From Octopus vulgaris (lineage: Eukaryota), in the NCBI GenBank assembly GCA_951406725.2, contig OX597837.1:7192001-7256000 (forward strand): DNA of 64,000 nucleotides, in the 5' to 3' direction. The notes beneath the pieces were generated by a model. It was not told the origin of the DNA. It saw only the letters and a list, made by a program, of their open reading frames with translations, and searched no databases. The position numbers and the translations under genes were made by a program. How positions within the stretch are numbered: the first letter of the stretch is position 1; each line of letters begins with the position of its first letter. This document shows positions 1 to 12,538 of this stretch, one piece after another.

Positions 1-90
<90 letters not shown>
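1..90. repeat. (TA)n/(TG)n microsatellite
   Basis: Pure dinucleotide run. Confidence 0.97.
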
Positions 91-332
91 GACACTTGTG
101 AACCATGTAATTAGGAACCAAGCTTCTTACCACAAAGCTACACACATCTATATCTGTACCTTTGTGCGTGTAGTATATTTTTGGTGTGTGTGCGTGTGTG
201 TATATATATATATGGGTTTGTGTGTGTATGTATATCTCTCGCCCTTTCTCTCTGTTTCTGCATTTTATATACACACACATGTTCTGTCACTCTTTTCTCT
301 TAATCTATGTGTGTATACACACACAAATATAT

Positions 333-383
<51 letters not shown>

Positions 384-869
384 CCGACATATATATATAT
401 ATAGACAGAGAGGGACCGACATAGAGAGAGAGAGAGAGACCGACATATATATAGACAGAGAGGGACCGACATAGAGAGAGAGAGAGATTGTTTGTGTGTG
501 TATGTATGTATCGCTTGTGTATAGATGCGTCTGCATGAGAAAAACCAACGGAATCTCATCGATAAGATTTGTCTACGTTCACCCTGTTATTTTCCGCCAT
601 CTTGGTAATGATGTCACCGTAAATTGTAATCTACGGACACCATTTTGTTTGGCTGCCTACTATTTTACAGAAGAACTGTCATCTAAACATGGTCTTTAGA
701 CAGCGCTTCTATTGTTTTGGACCCACCCCTGACTAACCAGCCGACCAACCAGGAAGCCAACCTACTTCTGAAGCTAGCGCCGGAATCCCCCCTCCCCACA
801 CCACCACCTCCTTTGTGAAACTGTGTAAAAATGTTTGTGTACAGCCATGTTTGTCAATGTCTGAATGTG

Positions 870-1885
870 TGTTCATATATGTATTATATGTGTGTGTCTT
901 TATATACATATGTATGTGTGTATACATATGTGTATATATCTATGTATATATACATATGTATTTGTGTGTATATATACGTATTTGTGTGTTTATATACGTA
1001 TTTGTGTGTTTATATACGTATTTGTGTGTGTATATATATATGTATTTGTGTGTGTATATATACGTATTTGTGTGTGTATATATGTATTTGTGTGTATGTA
1101 TACATATATATATATATTTGTGTGTATATATATATATGTATATATGTGTGTACATATATGTATTTGTGAGTATGTATATATGTTGTGTGTGTACGTATAT
1201 GTATGTATATATGTATGTGTGTATATGTGTGCTTGTGTGTGTCTATATGTGCGTGTATGTGTCTATATATGCATGTATATATATATATATATATGCATAT
1301 GTGCGTGTATGTGTGTGTGTATATATATATATGTGTGTGTGCGTGTGTGCTTGCATATGAGAGAGGAGGGGGAGAGAGAATTAGATTAATAGATGTATAT
1401 ATTTGGAGAAAATGTATATAAATGGGACAATTCCATACGCATGTGTGTCTACGTGTATGTGTGTACGTTGGTACTTGTATGCATGTATATTTGTATATCT
1501 ATATATACACTGCAACTCTATGAATCGATGTCTTTGTGTATTGATGTATATGTGTGCTGCAACATGCATATGTATTTGTATACATTGATGTATATGCTTG
1601 TGTTTGTATAGACGAATGTGAAGCATGTGTATATATGTGTGCGTATATGTAAGTATACATATGTATATGTACATGTATGTATGCGCGTATATATATATAT
1701 ATATATTAGCATATATAAGCATATATAGGTATGTATGCGCGTATATATATATATATATAAGCATATATAGATATGTGTGCATATATATATATATATATAT
1801 ACACGCACACATGTATAATGTATATTTGTGCTCATATATATTGATATATTGAGAAATAAATTGATATCTTTGATTGATAGCGGTG

Positions 1886-1931
<46 letters not shown>

Positions 1932-2071
1932 CATACATATACACACACACACCGCTACATATATATATATATATATATATATATGGTGTAAAAAATAATG
2001 TATATTGATACTGTTATAAAAAATATTTTTTCCACATATGTATATGTGTATACGCATAAGTTATAAAATTA

Positions 2072-2140
<69 letters not shown>
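870..2140. repeat. Compound (TA)/(TG)/(CA) low-complexity tract
   Basis: Continuous degenerate dinucleotide repeats; source of the spurious YICV-rich ORFs. Confidence 0.95.
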
Positions 2141-2144
<4 letters not shown>

Positions 2145-2337
2145 ACATAATCACCATCCGCTAGGCAGCCTATTCTTTATAATGTCCTTTATTCCTCCCA
2201 TCGAGCAGAAATTGCAGCTTTGCCTTCCAAGAAATATCTATAAATAACTGCTTTTTTTGTTGTTGTTATTAATTTAATTTTTTTTATTTATTTGGTATTT
2301 TTGGTTCCGCATTTGTTGTTATTTATCATCATTATTA

Positions 2338-2372
<35 letters not shown>

Positions 2373-2638
2373 TTATTATTATTTTTAACCGAGAGAACAA
2401 TTGTTTTATATCTGATCGTTTCTATATGTGGAGGAAGGTATATTTATGTAAGGTACTTTGTGATTTTATATATGGATACTTTGTATGTGGCGGTATTATA
2501 AATGCAGTATTTTATGTATGTGAGAGGCGCTTGTACAGGTATTTTTGTACGAGGTATATTCGAGAAGTTTTGAGACATTGTTAGTTCAGGAAATTATGAC
2601 AGTACTAGATCACTGGAATTTTGATATACCATTCCTGT

Positions 2639-2757
2639 AAGGCAGCGAGCTGGCAGAATCGTTAGCACACCTTGGAAGATCCTTACCGACATTTCATCCA
2701 TCTTTGTATTCAGTTCAAATTCCACCGTGGTCGACTTTGCCTTTCATATACTTCGAA
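2639..2757 (+). mobile_element. SINE family A, 3'-truncated copy
   Basis: Head ggcagcgagctggcagaatcgttagcac and core gtcgactttgcctttcat shared with other copies; abuts a family B copy. Confidence 0.75.
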
Positions 2758-2758
2758 G

Positions 2759-2961
2759 TTACTCTTTTTCTCTTTTACTTGTTTCAGTCATTTGACTGCG
2801 GCCATGCTGGAGCACTGCCTTTAGTCGAAGAAATCGACCCCAGGACTTATTCTTTGCAAGCCTAGTACTTATTCTATCGGCCTCTTTTGCCGAACCGCTA
2901 AGTGACAGGGACGTAAACACACCAGCATCAGTTGTCAAGTGATGTTGGGGGACAAACATAC

Positions 2962-3028
<67 letters not shown>

Positions 3029-3342
3029 CATACAGACGACGGGCTTCTTTCAGTTTCCATCTACCAAATCTACTCACAAGGCTTTGGTCGGCCCGAGACT
3101 ATAGTAGAAGACACTTGCACAAGGTGTCACGCAGTGGGACTGAATCCGGAACCATGTGGTTGGTAAGCAAGGTACTTACCACACAGACGGGCTTCTTTCA
3201 GTTTCCATCTACAAAATCTACTCACAAGGCTTTGGTCGGCCCGAGACTATAGTAGAAGACACTTGCCCAAGGTGCCACGCAGTGGGACTGAACCCGGAAC
3301 CATGTGACTGGAAAGCAAGCTCCTTACCACACAGCCACGCAG
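2759..3342 (-). mobile_element. tRNA-derived SINE family B with ~150-bp internal tandem duplication
   Basis: Matches copies at 5661, 11136, 30333, 32535, 39636; segment 3034-3183 repeated from 3184; internal (CA)n(TA)n. Confidence 0.88.
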
Positions 3343-4053
3343 GGTGTTTTTATACACGAGGTACTGTTATGTATGGAATTTGTTTTCTTTTATGCGAGAA
3401 CATTTTGCGCGCAAGACATTAGATTAAATGAAAGCTAAGGTATTAAACTCCTGGAAGATCGACTAATCTGCCGCACTCTTCCCTAGGAGTTATGCAACAC
3501 ATTCGACTTTCAAAGTCATCTTGTAGTTTGGTACAAAAAATACACCTGTTAATAACATTACCAGGAATTCAGGAAGCGGACAATTTCCTAATAGATAAGG
3601 AAAAGACTGTTTGAGATGAATGCTTAATGGCTCTCGAGGGACCTCGAAGGGCACCACAGTAAATATCACACGACTTGTTTGAATATATGCCGATGGACTG
3701 TAGATAAAATCTACACTTGCTTCAAATCGGTGCTGGTTTCGACCAAATTTTTGCCTATAACTGTCTACAGACATAAATCAATATTTTTGGAAACCAGCTG
3801 TCTTGTCATTTTTACTAAAAAAAAGAAAAGAAAAAATCACTTGTTGAAATGAGAACATTTCCTTCCAGCAGTAATGGCGCCGTGAATCTGGTTTCCATAA
3901 GTCATTAACACAGAAAATAAACTAATATCAAAGATTATCCTTTACTTGAAACACGATTAAATACTTCGAAAGTGGTTGTACAAAACTAGTAATGTTAAGC
4001 TCGACGGCATCAAGAGATTTTCAGGCAATATTTCTTGCTACAAATCAATAGAT

Positions 4054-4371
4054 TTTTTATATTTTTATACACCCTTTTCAAGCCTAGCCAGGCTCACAGG
4101 TCCGGTTTCCCGGTTTCTAATGGCTGTGTGTCCCCCCCCCAGCTGGACGGGACGCCAGTCCATTGCAGCGTTACTCAAGAAACAAGAAGAAAGAGTGAGA
4201 GAAAGTTGGGGCGAAAGAGTACAACAGGGGTCGTCACCACTCCGTGCTGAAGCCTCGTGGAGCTTTAGGTGTTTTCGCTCAATAAACACACAACGCCCGG
4301 TCTGGGAATAGAAACTGCGATCCTCCGACCGCGAGTCCGCTGTCCTAACCACTGGGCCATTGCGCCTCCAC
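4054..4371 (-). mobile_element. tRNA-derived SINE family C with 14-bp TSD
   Basis: Minus-strand head ggaggcgcaatggcccagtggttaggacagcggactcgcgg is tRNA-like with an A box; TSD acaaatcaatagat at 4040-4053 and 4372-4385; paralog at 34240. Confidence 0.88.
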
Positions 4372-4400
4372 ACAAATCAATAGATACTATGGTGCATCAC

Positions 4401-5032
4401 CGGCGAGCTGGCAGAAACGTTAGCACACCGGGCGAAATGCTAAGCGGTATTTCGTCTGCCGTTACGTTCTGAGTTCAAATTCCGCCGAGGTCGACTTTGC
4501 CTTTCATCCTTTCGGGGTCGATTAAATAAGTACCAGTTACGCACTGGGGTCGATATAATCAACTTAATTCGTTTGTCTGTCCTTGCTTGTCCTCTCTGTG
4601 TTTAGCCCCTTGTGGGTAGTAAAGAAATAGGTACTTCGCTTGTCGCTACGTTCTGAGTTCAAATTCCTCCGAGTCGATTTTGCCTTTCACCCTTTTGGGG
4701 TCGATTAATTAAGTACCAGTTACGCAGTGGGGTCGATATAATCGACTTAATCCGTCTGTCTGTCCATGTTTGTCCCTTCTGTGTGTAGTCCCTTGTGGGC
4801 AATAAAGAAATAAGAAACGTTAGCACGCCGGGCGAAATGTTTAGCAGTATTTCGTCTGCCGCTATATTCTGAGTTCAAATTCCGCCGAGTTCGACTTTGC
4901 CTTTCATCCTCTCGGGGTCGATTAAATAAGTACCAGTTACACACTGGGGTCGATATAATCGACTTAATTCGTTTGTCTGCCCTTGTTTGTTCCCTTTGTG
5001 TGTAGCCCCTTGTGGGCAGTAAAGAAATAAGA
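4401..5032 (+). mobile_element. SINE family A, tandem trimer
   Basis: Three head-to-tail units each with gttctgagttcaaattcc (B-box-like) and a core close to gactttgcctttcatcctttcggggtcgat; core resembles the MetaSINE-type central domain (from memory). Confidence 0.88.
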
Positions 5033-5419
5033 AAGAAATACTTCAATATCCTGCCGAATTCTTTAAAAATTCACTGGAAACTTCTAGTCTAATGCCACAC
5101 ACTTAGGACATGTCTTGAGCTTCAGCTCTTGGACCCATAAACCCTCCAAAGGTTAAATGTCATATACATTCATTGCAATCCTAGAGTTCTTTTCCTAATA
5201 AATGTTTTCTACGCATAAGTATTTAGGTATTGGAGTAATCTGAACATTGACCATAATCTATAAGAATGGAGGTTTCTGGCTTGATTATAAAGAATTGTAT
5301 TTTTTGTCGTGTGTTTTATTAATTATTTTATTATTGATTTTGATTGGAGAATTTAAAAACCTATAATGTTAAACAGTCATGGAACCCTGATTTCTAAGTT
5401 GCAGCACTCCGGCGCTCTG

Positions 5420-5584
5420 TGACTAGGAGGCTAGTCTGTCGCAAGGTTGGCTGCCCGGCTATTAGTGGAACTCAGTGGATTGGAGCAGCATGAAATGAAG
5501 CGTTTTACCCGGCCTTGAAATCGAAACCACAATCTTACGATTAGGAGCACAACACACCTAACCACTTGTCCACGCGCCTTCACC
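5420..5584 (-). mobile_element. Diverged family C-like SINE
   Basis: aatcgaaaccacaatc...ctaaccacttgtccacgcgccttcac resembles the family C head in reverse. Confidence 0.55.
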
Positions 5585-5660
5585 GTCAGACAGACTTGGG
5601 CTAAATACAAAGGGGCCCAATAATGCTGTTGACTAATTCACATTTAGCGCAGTTATACAA

Positions 5661-6055
5661 TGGCGCAGGCCTGGCTGTGTGATAAGAAGCTAGCTTCCCA
5701 ACCACGTGGTTCTGAGTTCAGTCCCACTGCGTGACACCTTCGGCATGTGTCTTCCACTAAAGCCTCGGGTCGACCAATGTCTTGTGAGTGGATTTGGTAG
5801 ACGGAAATTATGTATATATTTGTGTGTGTGTGTGTGTTTGTGTCTCTGTTTGTCCCACTCTCCCCATCACCACTTAGCGACCGATTGTTGGTGTGTTTAC
5901 GTCCCCGTAACATAGCGGTTCGGCAAAAGAGCCCGATAAAATAAATACTAGATTTTAGAAAATGAAAAATCCTGGGGGTCGATTTGTTCGACTAAAAACC
6001 AGCCAAGGCGGTGCTCCAGCATGGCCACGGTCAAATGACTGAAACAAATAAAAGA
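5661..6055 (+). mobile_element. SINE family B, near full length
   Basis: Head ggcgcaggcctggctgtgtgataagaagc; tail cagcatggccacggtcaaatgactgaaacaaataaaaga. Confidence 0.88.
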
Positions 6056-6911
6056 ACTGCGCACACAAACGGTTTATTAGTGTGTGCTACATGTTATTGG
6101 CACCATTTTTCTCACCAGCTATACAAAGAAAGGCAATGCCGTTATGCCCTGTGTTTCACTCGAATCAAACCAACAGATGAGTGTTGCTTCGTTTTATGAG
6201 ACTTCGATCTCCAGAACACCTAAGCGCTTGCTACACCAATCAATAAACCATATCAGCAATATTGACATACGTATATTAATATATCGAAGATGTGGTTTTT
6301 AAATGAGGAATTTTAATAGCTTCACCGTTGTAACATATATTGTCTGTAGAATGTCGCGAAAATGTGTGTTGTGAGTAGGAGACAGACTTCATAGAAAGGA
6401 TGGAATTATTTATATATATATATAATAATAATAATATGAGGGAATATTATTCCAAACTTACAGGGAAAAATATATACGTTTTAATTATTATTTTGCACAT
6501 TACTTAATCATTGGTATATGTTTTTTATCTTATATTTAATTTTTCTATAAGATGTAATTTTTTTCTAAATGGTATAATTTAATTCTTTTATTGTTGAATT
6601 GATAAAAGGTGACTTTTTTCTAATTATATATATATATAAAGGATTTACCACTTCATTATAACTATCAGTATTTCAAAATCCCTTTTCTGAAATTCCATCC
6701 CTTTGTTTTACACCTAGGAACCACACTCCCTGGATTTTTTTTTCTTCATGCGTTATTACACAGAATTTGAAGTTTGGGATTTGTTTACAAATGCTGGTGA
6801 ATATTCGTTGTGAAATGAGAGAACTTTGAAGACAGGCAGACAAAAACACACACACATACGCTGGTGATGGTTGCCTCATCTTGTCAGATTATATATATAT
6901 ATATATATATA

Positions 6912-7170
6912 TCTTAGTCAGTCAGTTGATGGGCTCCACTACCTCAAATGTTCTTAAAATTTAAATCCACATCTTTGTCTATATATCTACCTTCTCTATA
7001 ATGTTGCCACTTGATATGAACATTTTTGTATTAATGGAAAACCTCTATAATTGGCTGGCTGATGAGTGCTCAGCATTTTAAAACTGTTGTAATACTTACA
7101 TTTAATAAAATGATGTAGTACGAAACGATCGTACCAAATTACCGGAGTCATTCTTGTTGCTTATTTTGAG

Positions 7171-7172
<2 letters not shown>
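6912..7172 (+). mobile_element. Penelope-like pLTR fragment inside (TA)n
   Basis: (TA)n on both sides; contains a hammerhead motif; 3' 130 bp homologous to both arms of 31357-31613. Confidence 0.65.
7048..7141 (+). ncRNA. Type I hammerhead ribozyme motif with extended helix II
   Basis: tgg-CTGATGA(7059-65)-gtgct...agtac-GAAA(7122-25)-cgatcg-TA-cca; palindromic helix III. Confidence 0.72.
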
Positions 7173-7202
<30 letters not shown>

Positions 7203-7385
7203 AGGAGCAAACCGTCAGTTACGAAGACAAGTGTTCCAGCTGATACGATCAACGGAACTGTGGTATTGAGCAGAATATTCGCTGTAGCCCAACTTTTTTA
7301 CCAAGACAAAACAATGTACATGATAACACTTCCAATCAGTTAAGATCAGAAGCCACGAGAGCACTGCCTGGTACTGCATCAGGGC

Positions 7386-7436
<51 letters not shown>

Positions 7437-7929
7437 AGCATTTATGCGTTCGAAGTTTAGTGTCTGCAAGTCCGGGTTCCGAGCGTGTTGTTATCCTACT
7501 CAAATCGATATCTATTTTATAGCCGTGTAGTATGTAATCTCCTGATCGGTACAGATCGATATGGAATGGCGAACCTGATGTAGAGCAAGAACACATTCCT
7601 GCTGTGCCAGGCTTAAGAAATACCTTTGCTGGAATGAGATGGAGAATAAGGGGGAGAGAGGGAGGAAAAAAGAAGCGAGAGAGGAAGAAATGCTCCAAGG
7701 ATTTGCTACAAAATTTTATTGGTAATCTAGTAAGGCAAGAATTTGTGTGTGAGTTTGAGAGTATGAAGGTGTGTGTGTTTGTGTGTCTGTGTGTGTGTGT
7801 GTGTATTATGTAGGGAATGCGTGTGGCTGTAAGTGTTGATAGGATTGGACGTGTGTGTATTTAAATATACACGTGTGTGTGTGTATTTATGTACGCACAG
7901 TTATGTTGATCTATAGGTACGCATTTGCA

Positions 7930-8311
7930 ATTATGTTTCATATATGTGCACGTGTATGTATGTATATATATATCTTTACGTGCTCTGTGTGTGCATATAT
8001 ATGTATGTGTGTGTGTGTATGTATGTGTGTGCGTGTATGTATATATATGCGTGTGTGTGTGTATGTTTATATATGTGTGTGTATGTATATATGTGTGTGT
8101 ATGTATATATGTGTGTGTGTATGTATATATATGTGTGTGTGTATATATATATGTGTGTGTGTGTGTATATGTATATATATGTGTGTATGTATGTATATAT
8201 ATGTGTGTATGTATATATGTGTGTGTGTATGTTTATATATGTGTGTGTGTATATGTATATATGTATGTGTATGCATATATGTATGCTTATATATGTCTGT
8301 ATATATATGTA

Positions 8312-8378
<67 letters not shown>
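7930..8378. repeat. (TA)/(TG) compound microsatellite
   Basis: Direct inspection. Confidence 0.95.
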
Positions 8379-8684
8379 GTATGACTTACGCAGAGGGCAA
8401 TTTTTTCCGGTCACTAACTTGATAGATATTCCGTGCAGATGTCGTTACTCAGAAGAATCAATGACGTTGACGATCGTTGCCGATGATGATGATGATGCTG
8501 GTAATGATAGCAACAATTATAGTAGCTGCAAAGGAGAGAAGGTCACTGTGTTACTACTGTCGGCGGTGGTCATGATGATGATGATGATGATGTTGATCGT
8601 CGTGCAGACATGAGGAGCGAGCAAATGCAGTATTTGAGTCTGGCGCTGCGTGTGTCGTGATAACGATTTAGAGAAATAATAGTA

Positions 8685-9272
8685 ACTGTTTCTACTAAGG
8701 GCATAAGGTCTGAAATTGGGGTGGGGGACGGGAACAGTCGATTATATCGACCCCAGTGCGTAACTGGTACTTATTTAATCGACCCCGAAGGGATGAAAGG
8801 CAAAGTTGACTTCGGCGGAATTTGAACTCAGAACGTAGCGGCAGACGAAATACCTAATTCTTCACTACCCACAAGGGGCTAAACATAGAGGTGACAAACA
8901 AGGACAGACAGACGGATTAAGTCGATTATATCGACCCCAGTGCGAAACTAGTAATTATCTAATCGACCCGGAAAGGATGAAAGGTAAAGTCGACCTCGGC
9001 GGAATTTGAACCCAGAACGTAACGGCGGACGAAATACCTATTTCTTCACTACCCACAAGGGTCTAAACACAGAAGGACAAACAAGGACAGACAAACGGAT
9101 TAAGTCGATTACATCGACCCCTGTGCGTAACTGTTACTTAATTTATCGACCCTGAAAGGATGAAAGGCAAAGTCGACCTCGGCGGAATTTGAACTCAGAA
9201 CTTAGCGGCAGACGAAATACGGCTACGCATTTCGCCCGGCGTGCTAACGTTTCTCCCTGCTCGGCACCTTAA
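8685..9272 (-). mobile_element. SINE family A, tandem trimer
   Basis: Reverse complement of the 4401-5032 units, three repeats. Confidence 0.88.
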
Positions 9273-9989
9273 TAATAATTTATAATAATAATAATAATAA
9301 TAACAACAACAAAAAAGATAGAAATAGGTATATATATAGATAGATAGATATATATTTAGTCAGATATATATAGGTAAACATATATAGATATAGATAGATT
9401 TATGTATGTATGTATATGTATGTATTTATATATATATGCGCGAGCCAAAGTCAAAATTATTGTCTGCAAAGCGATATTCTTACGTTTGCGAATAACAGGA
9501 ATGTGTAGCCTAACTACCTCCAAAGCTCCAGACCAATATTTCTTCAGCATTGGCCACCAGATATAACCGTAATGTTATGAAGGTTATCTATCGTCTGAGA
9601 GCGAATTTTCTGATTGACGTCTACAGTCAAAGACCCGACATAATCTTGGAAAAATTCTTCAACAACATTGCTTTTCTTCATCTTTGTTTCTTTTCTTCGT
9701 TAATATTTGTTTGTTTAATTTCCTTTGTGGTGGTCAAAGTCCAGACTTTTTCGTGATTGTTGTTTTTGTGTTTTCTTTTGTTTTTGGTCATGTTTTTTGT
9801 TTTGTATTTTTTTTGTTTTTCGGTATCTCATCAACTTCCGGTCAACTTTCAACAAAGAAAAACATTTCAACTGGCGATTAATTTCCGTTTCCGCCAACTC
9901 AGGACCAATCATTCGTTGACTTCGGGAGAGGCATTGGTGGTGGTGGGCATGAATTTGTTGTGTGTTGTCTATAGTTTGTGACATATATA

Positions 9990-10400
9990 TTATGTTGGTG
10001 GTGGTGTTGATGATGACGTTGATGTTGATGACTCAGTGGTGATAACGGCGGGGAAGGGGGCGATGAAGATGGTGGTGGTGATAGGGAATGTGATAACGAT
10101 GATGATGGGGTGGGGAAGGACAATGATAGGTAATGGTAGGTGAAGGGGTCGACGATGGTGATTGTGATGTTAATATTGATGGTGGTGGTGGGGGTGATGG
10201 TAATGATGGTGGCGGTGATGATGACGATAATGATGATAGTGACGGTTTTTGTGATTGTAGTTGATGTTCGTGATTTGTGGTGGTGGTGGTGGTGGTGGTG
10301 GTGGCGATGATGTTGATAGTGATGCTGATATTGACCTCACCCAAGCTGCTCTCGTGACAAAAAATTGAAATAATAATAATAATCATTATTATTATTATTG
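9990..10400. repeat. (GGT)/(GAT)/(TAA) trinucleotide low-complexity tract
   Basis: Direct inspection. Confidence 0.9.
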
Positions 10401-10583
10401 GTTTTTCTTCTTCTTTCAAATTTGCTTCCATTTCTTGCCGAGTGTCTTCCCCACTCCTAGGGCAAAGAAACTCATAGTATACATTGGTAGGCCATTAAAC
10501 TAAACTCACTAGTTCGTTCATTATTATTATTATTATTATTATTATCATTATTATTATTATTATTATCATCATCATCATTATAC

Positions 10584-10957
10584 AAGGCAGCGAACTGGCA
10601 GACTCGTTAGCACGCCGAACAAAATGTTCAGCGGTATTTCGACTGCCTTTACGTTCCAAGTTCAAATCCCACCGACGAAGTCGACTTGGCATTCCATCCA
10701 TCTGGGGTCGATAAATTAAGTACCTATTTCTTTACTACCCACAAGGGGCAAAACACAGAGAGGACAAACAATGACAGACAAACGGATTAAGTCGATTACA
10801 TCGACTCCAGTGCGTAACTGGTACTTAATTTATCGACCCCGAAAGGATGAAAGGCAAAGTTGACCTCTGCGGAATTTGAACTCAGAACGTAACGGCAGAC
10901 GAAATACGGCTACGAATTTCGCCCGGCGTGCTAACGTTTCTGCCAGCACGCCGCCTT
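10584..10957. mobile_element. Two family A SINEs tail-to-tail (+ 10584-10725, - 10722-10957)
   Basis: Both heads recognisable in opposite orientation; the + copy appears to resume at ~10960. Confidence 0.8.
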
Positions 10958-11135
10958 ATGAATTAAGTACCAGTTGAGCACTGATGGTGATTGGGGGGGT
11001 CGATGTAATCGGTTTATCCCCTTTCCTCGAAATTGTTGGACTCGTCCCAAGCCAATATTAGATCCACCTGACAGGGGATTGACAACAATGTCAATGTCAG
11101 CATCAACGAATGACTGGCACTTTATCAACCAGTCT

Positions 11136-11544
11136 CTTACTCTTTTACTTGTTTCAGTCATTTGACTGCGGCCATACTGGAGCACCGCCTTTAGTCGAGC
11201 AAATCAACCCCCAGGACCTATTCTTTGAAAGCCCAGTACTTATTCTATCGGTCTCTTTTGCCGAACCGCTAAGTGACGGGGACGTAAACACACCAGCATC
11301 AGTTGTCAAGCAATGCTAGAGGGACAAACACAGACACACAAACATATACACATACATCATATATATATATATACATATATACGACAGGCTTCTTTCAGTT
11401 TCCGTCTACCAAATCCACTCACAAGGCTTTGGTCGGCCCGAGGCTATAGTAGAAAACACATGCCCACGATGCCACGCAGTGGGACTGAACCCGGAACCAT
11501 GTGATTGGTTAACAAGCTACTTACTACACAACCACTCCTGCGCC
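11136..11544 (-). mobile_element. SINE family B, full length
   Basis: High similarity to 30333-30712 and to the reverse complement of 32535-32897. Confidence 0.9.
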
Positions 11545-12019
11545 TTTTTTTCTTTTTTTTTTTTCATCAATTCTAATGATGGCTGAATTAAAATTTTCAC
11601 AAGTGAATACATAGATGTCTGGAATAAACTGAGTTGGTTGATGGTCTGCGAGAGATTGGTGTATGGCACAGAAGAGGGGAAAAAAAAAACAAAGAAAAAA
11701 AACAGAATAGAAAAAAAAACAATTAATTCCTAATTAGTTGATAATTAAGATAGGATTGTTCAAATGAAAATAATTAAATTCAACGAATGTAATTGATAAA
11801 CAAAACTACATGAAAAAAAAATGGATATATATTTTTTTTAAATATATTTTAAAAAGTTAGAACAGTGTGGAACTATAATGGTGTAATGTCTAAAAATTAC
11901 TGAAGGAGTGGCTTAATGTTGTTGTTTACTCCACATAAAAAACGCCCCAGCTGTTACCACCCAGTCCCTTGTCTGTGTTTTTTAATCAAGCATTGCGTAT
12001 AGACTTTTAACATTTTATA

Positions 12020-12487
12020 AGTGATTATTATCATTATTCTATGTTTGACTTTTGCTTTACATTTGTACAAGTTGTCTCCAAGTCTCACCCAGAGACCTCA
12101 AGAGACAACAAGTTGGAAGTTCGTGTTGGTGTTATGCTTAGGGTACCATATATTTGGTTTTGTACTTAGTGTTGTACTAGTGAATGCCTAAAAAAACATA
12201 CGAAAATTATGTTTGTTTTAAAACTTGAGATTACAAAGAAAGTATTTTGCGTAGGATATGAGCAGTTCCCATGAGCACTATCTTTTGAATTTCTGCCATT
12301 TTGGGGTTTCCTGGTATCTGAGTTAGGTAGCAATCAGCCCCTTTTGCTATCATTCCCAGGGCACCTATGACAACAGGTATTGTTTTAGTTGTCAAGTTCC
12401 ATATCTTGCTGATTTCTATTTCAAGATCTTTATATTCGCTCAGTTTCTGGTAGGTCTTGACAGATACGTTTATATCGATTGGGACAT
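12020..12487 (-). mobile_element. 5'-truncated R4/Dong-like non-LTR retrotransposon (RLE C-terminus plus 3' UTR)
   Basis: 12487-12231 translates to VPIDINVSVKTYQKLSEYKDLEIEISKIW...IPVVIGALG...IQKIVLMGTAHILRKIL, typical of the restriction-like endonuclease C-terminus; bounded by (TAA)n-type repeats. Confidence 0.82.
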
Positions 12488-12538
12488 CATTATTATTATT
12501 ATTATCATTATTATTATTATTATTATTATTGTTATTAT

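Noticed and set aside
370-487. Duplicated gagaccgacat...gagggaccgacat unit
   Set aside because: Simple slippage duplication within GA/TA repeats
4300-4371. tRNA-like sequences at SINE heads
   Set aside because: Continuous with SINE bodies and bounded by TSDs; not tRNA genes
4401-5032. Regularly spaced repeats as a CRISPR array
   Set aside because: Eukaryotic context; entire ~180-220-bp units repeat with no unique spacers
9541-9560. TGC-TGA (Cys-stop) as selenocysteine or antizyme-type frameshift
   Set aside because: Read-through and +1 frames both stop within about a dozen codons; no SECIS or antizyme similarity seen
10033-10431. Ser/Pro/Thr/His-rich ORFs
   Set aside because: Trinucleotide low-complexity tract; no splice or homology evidence
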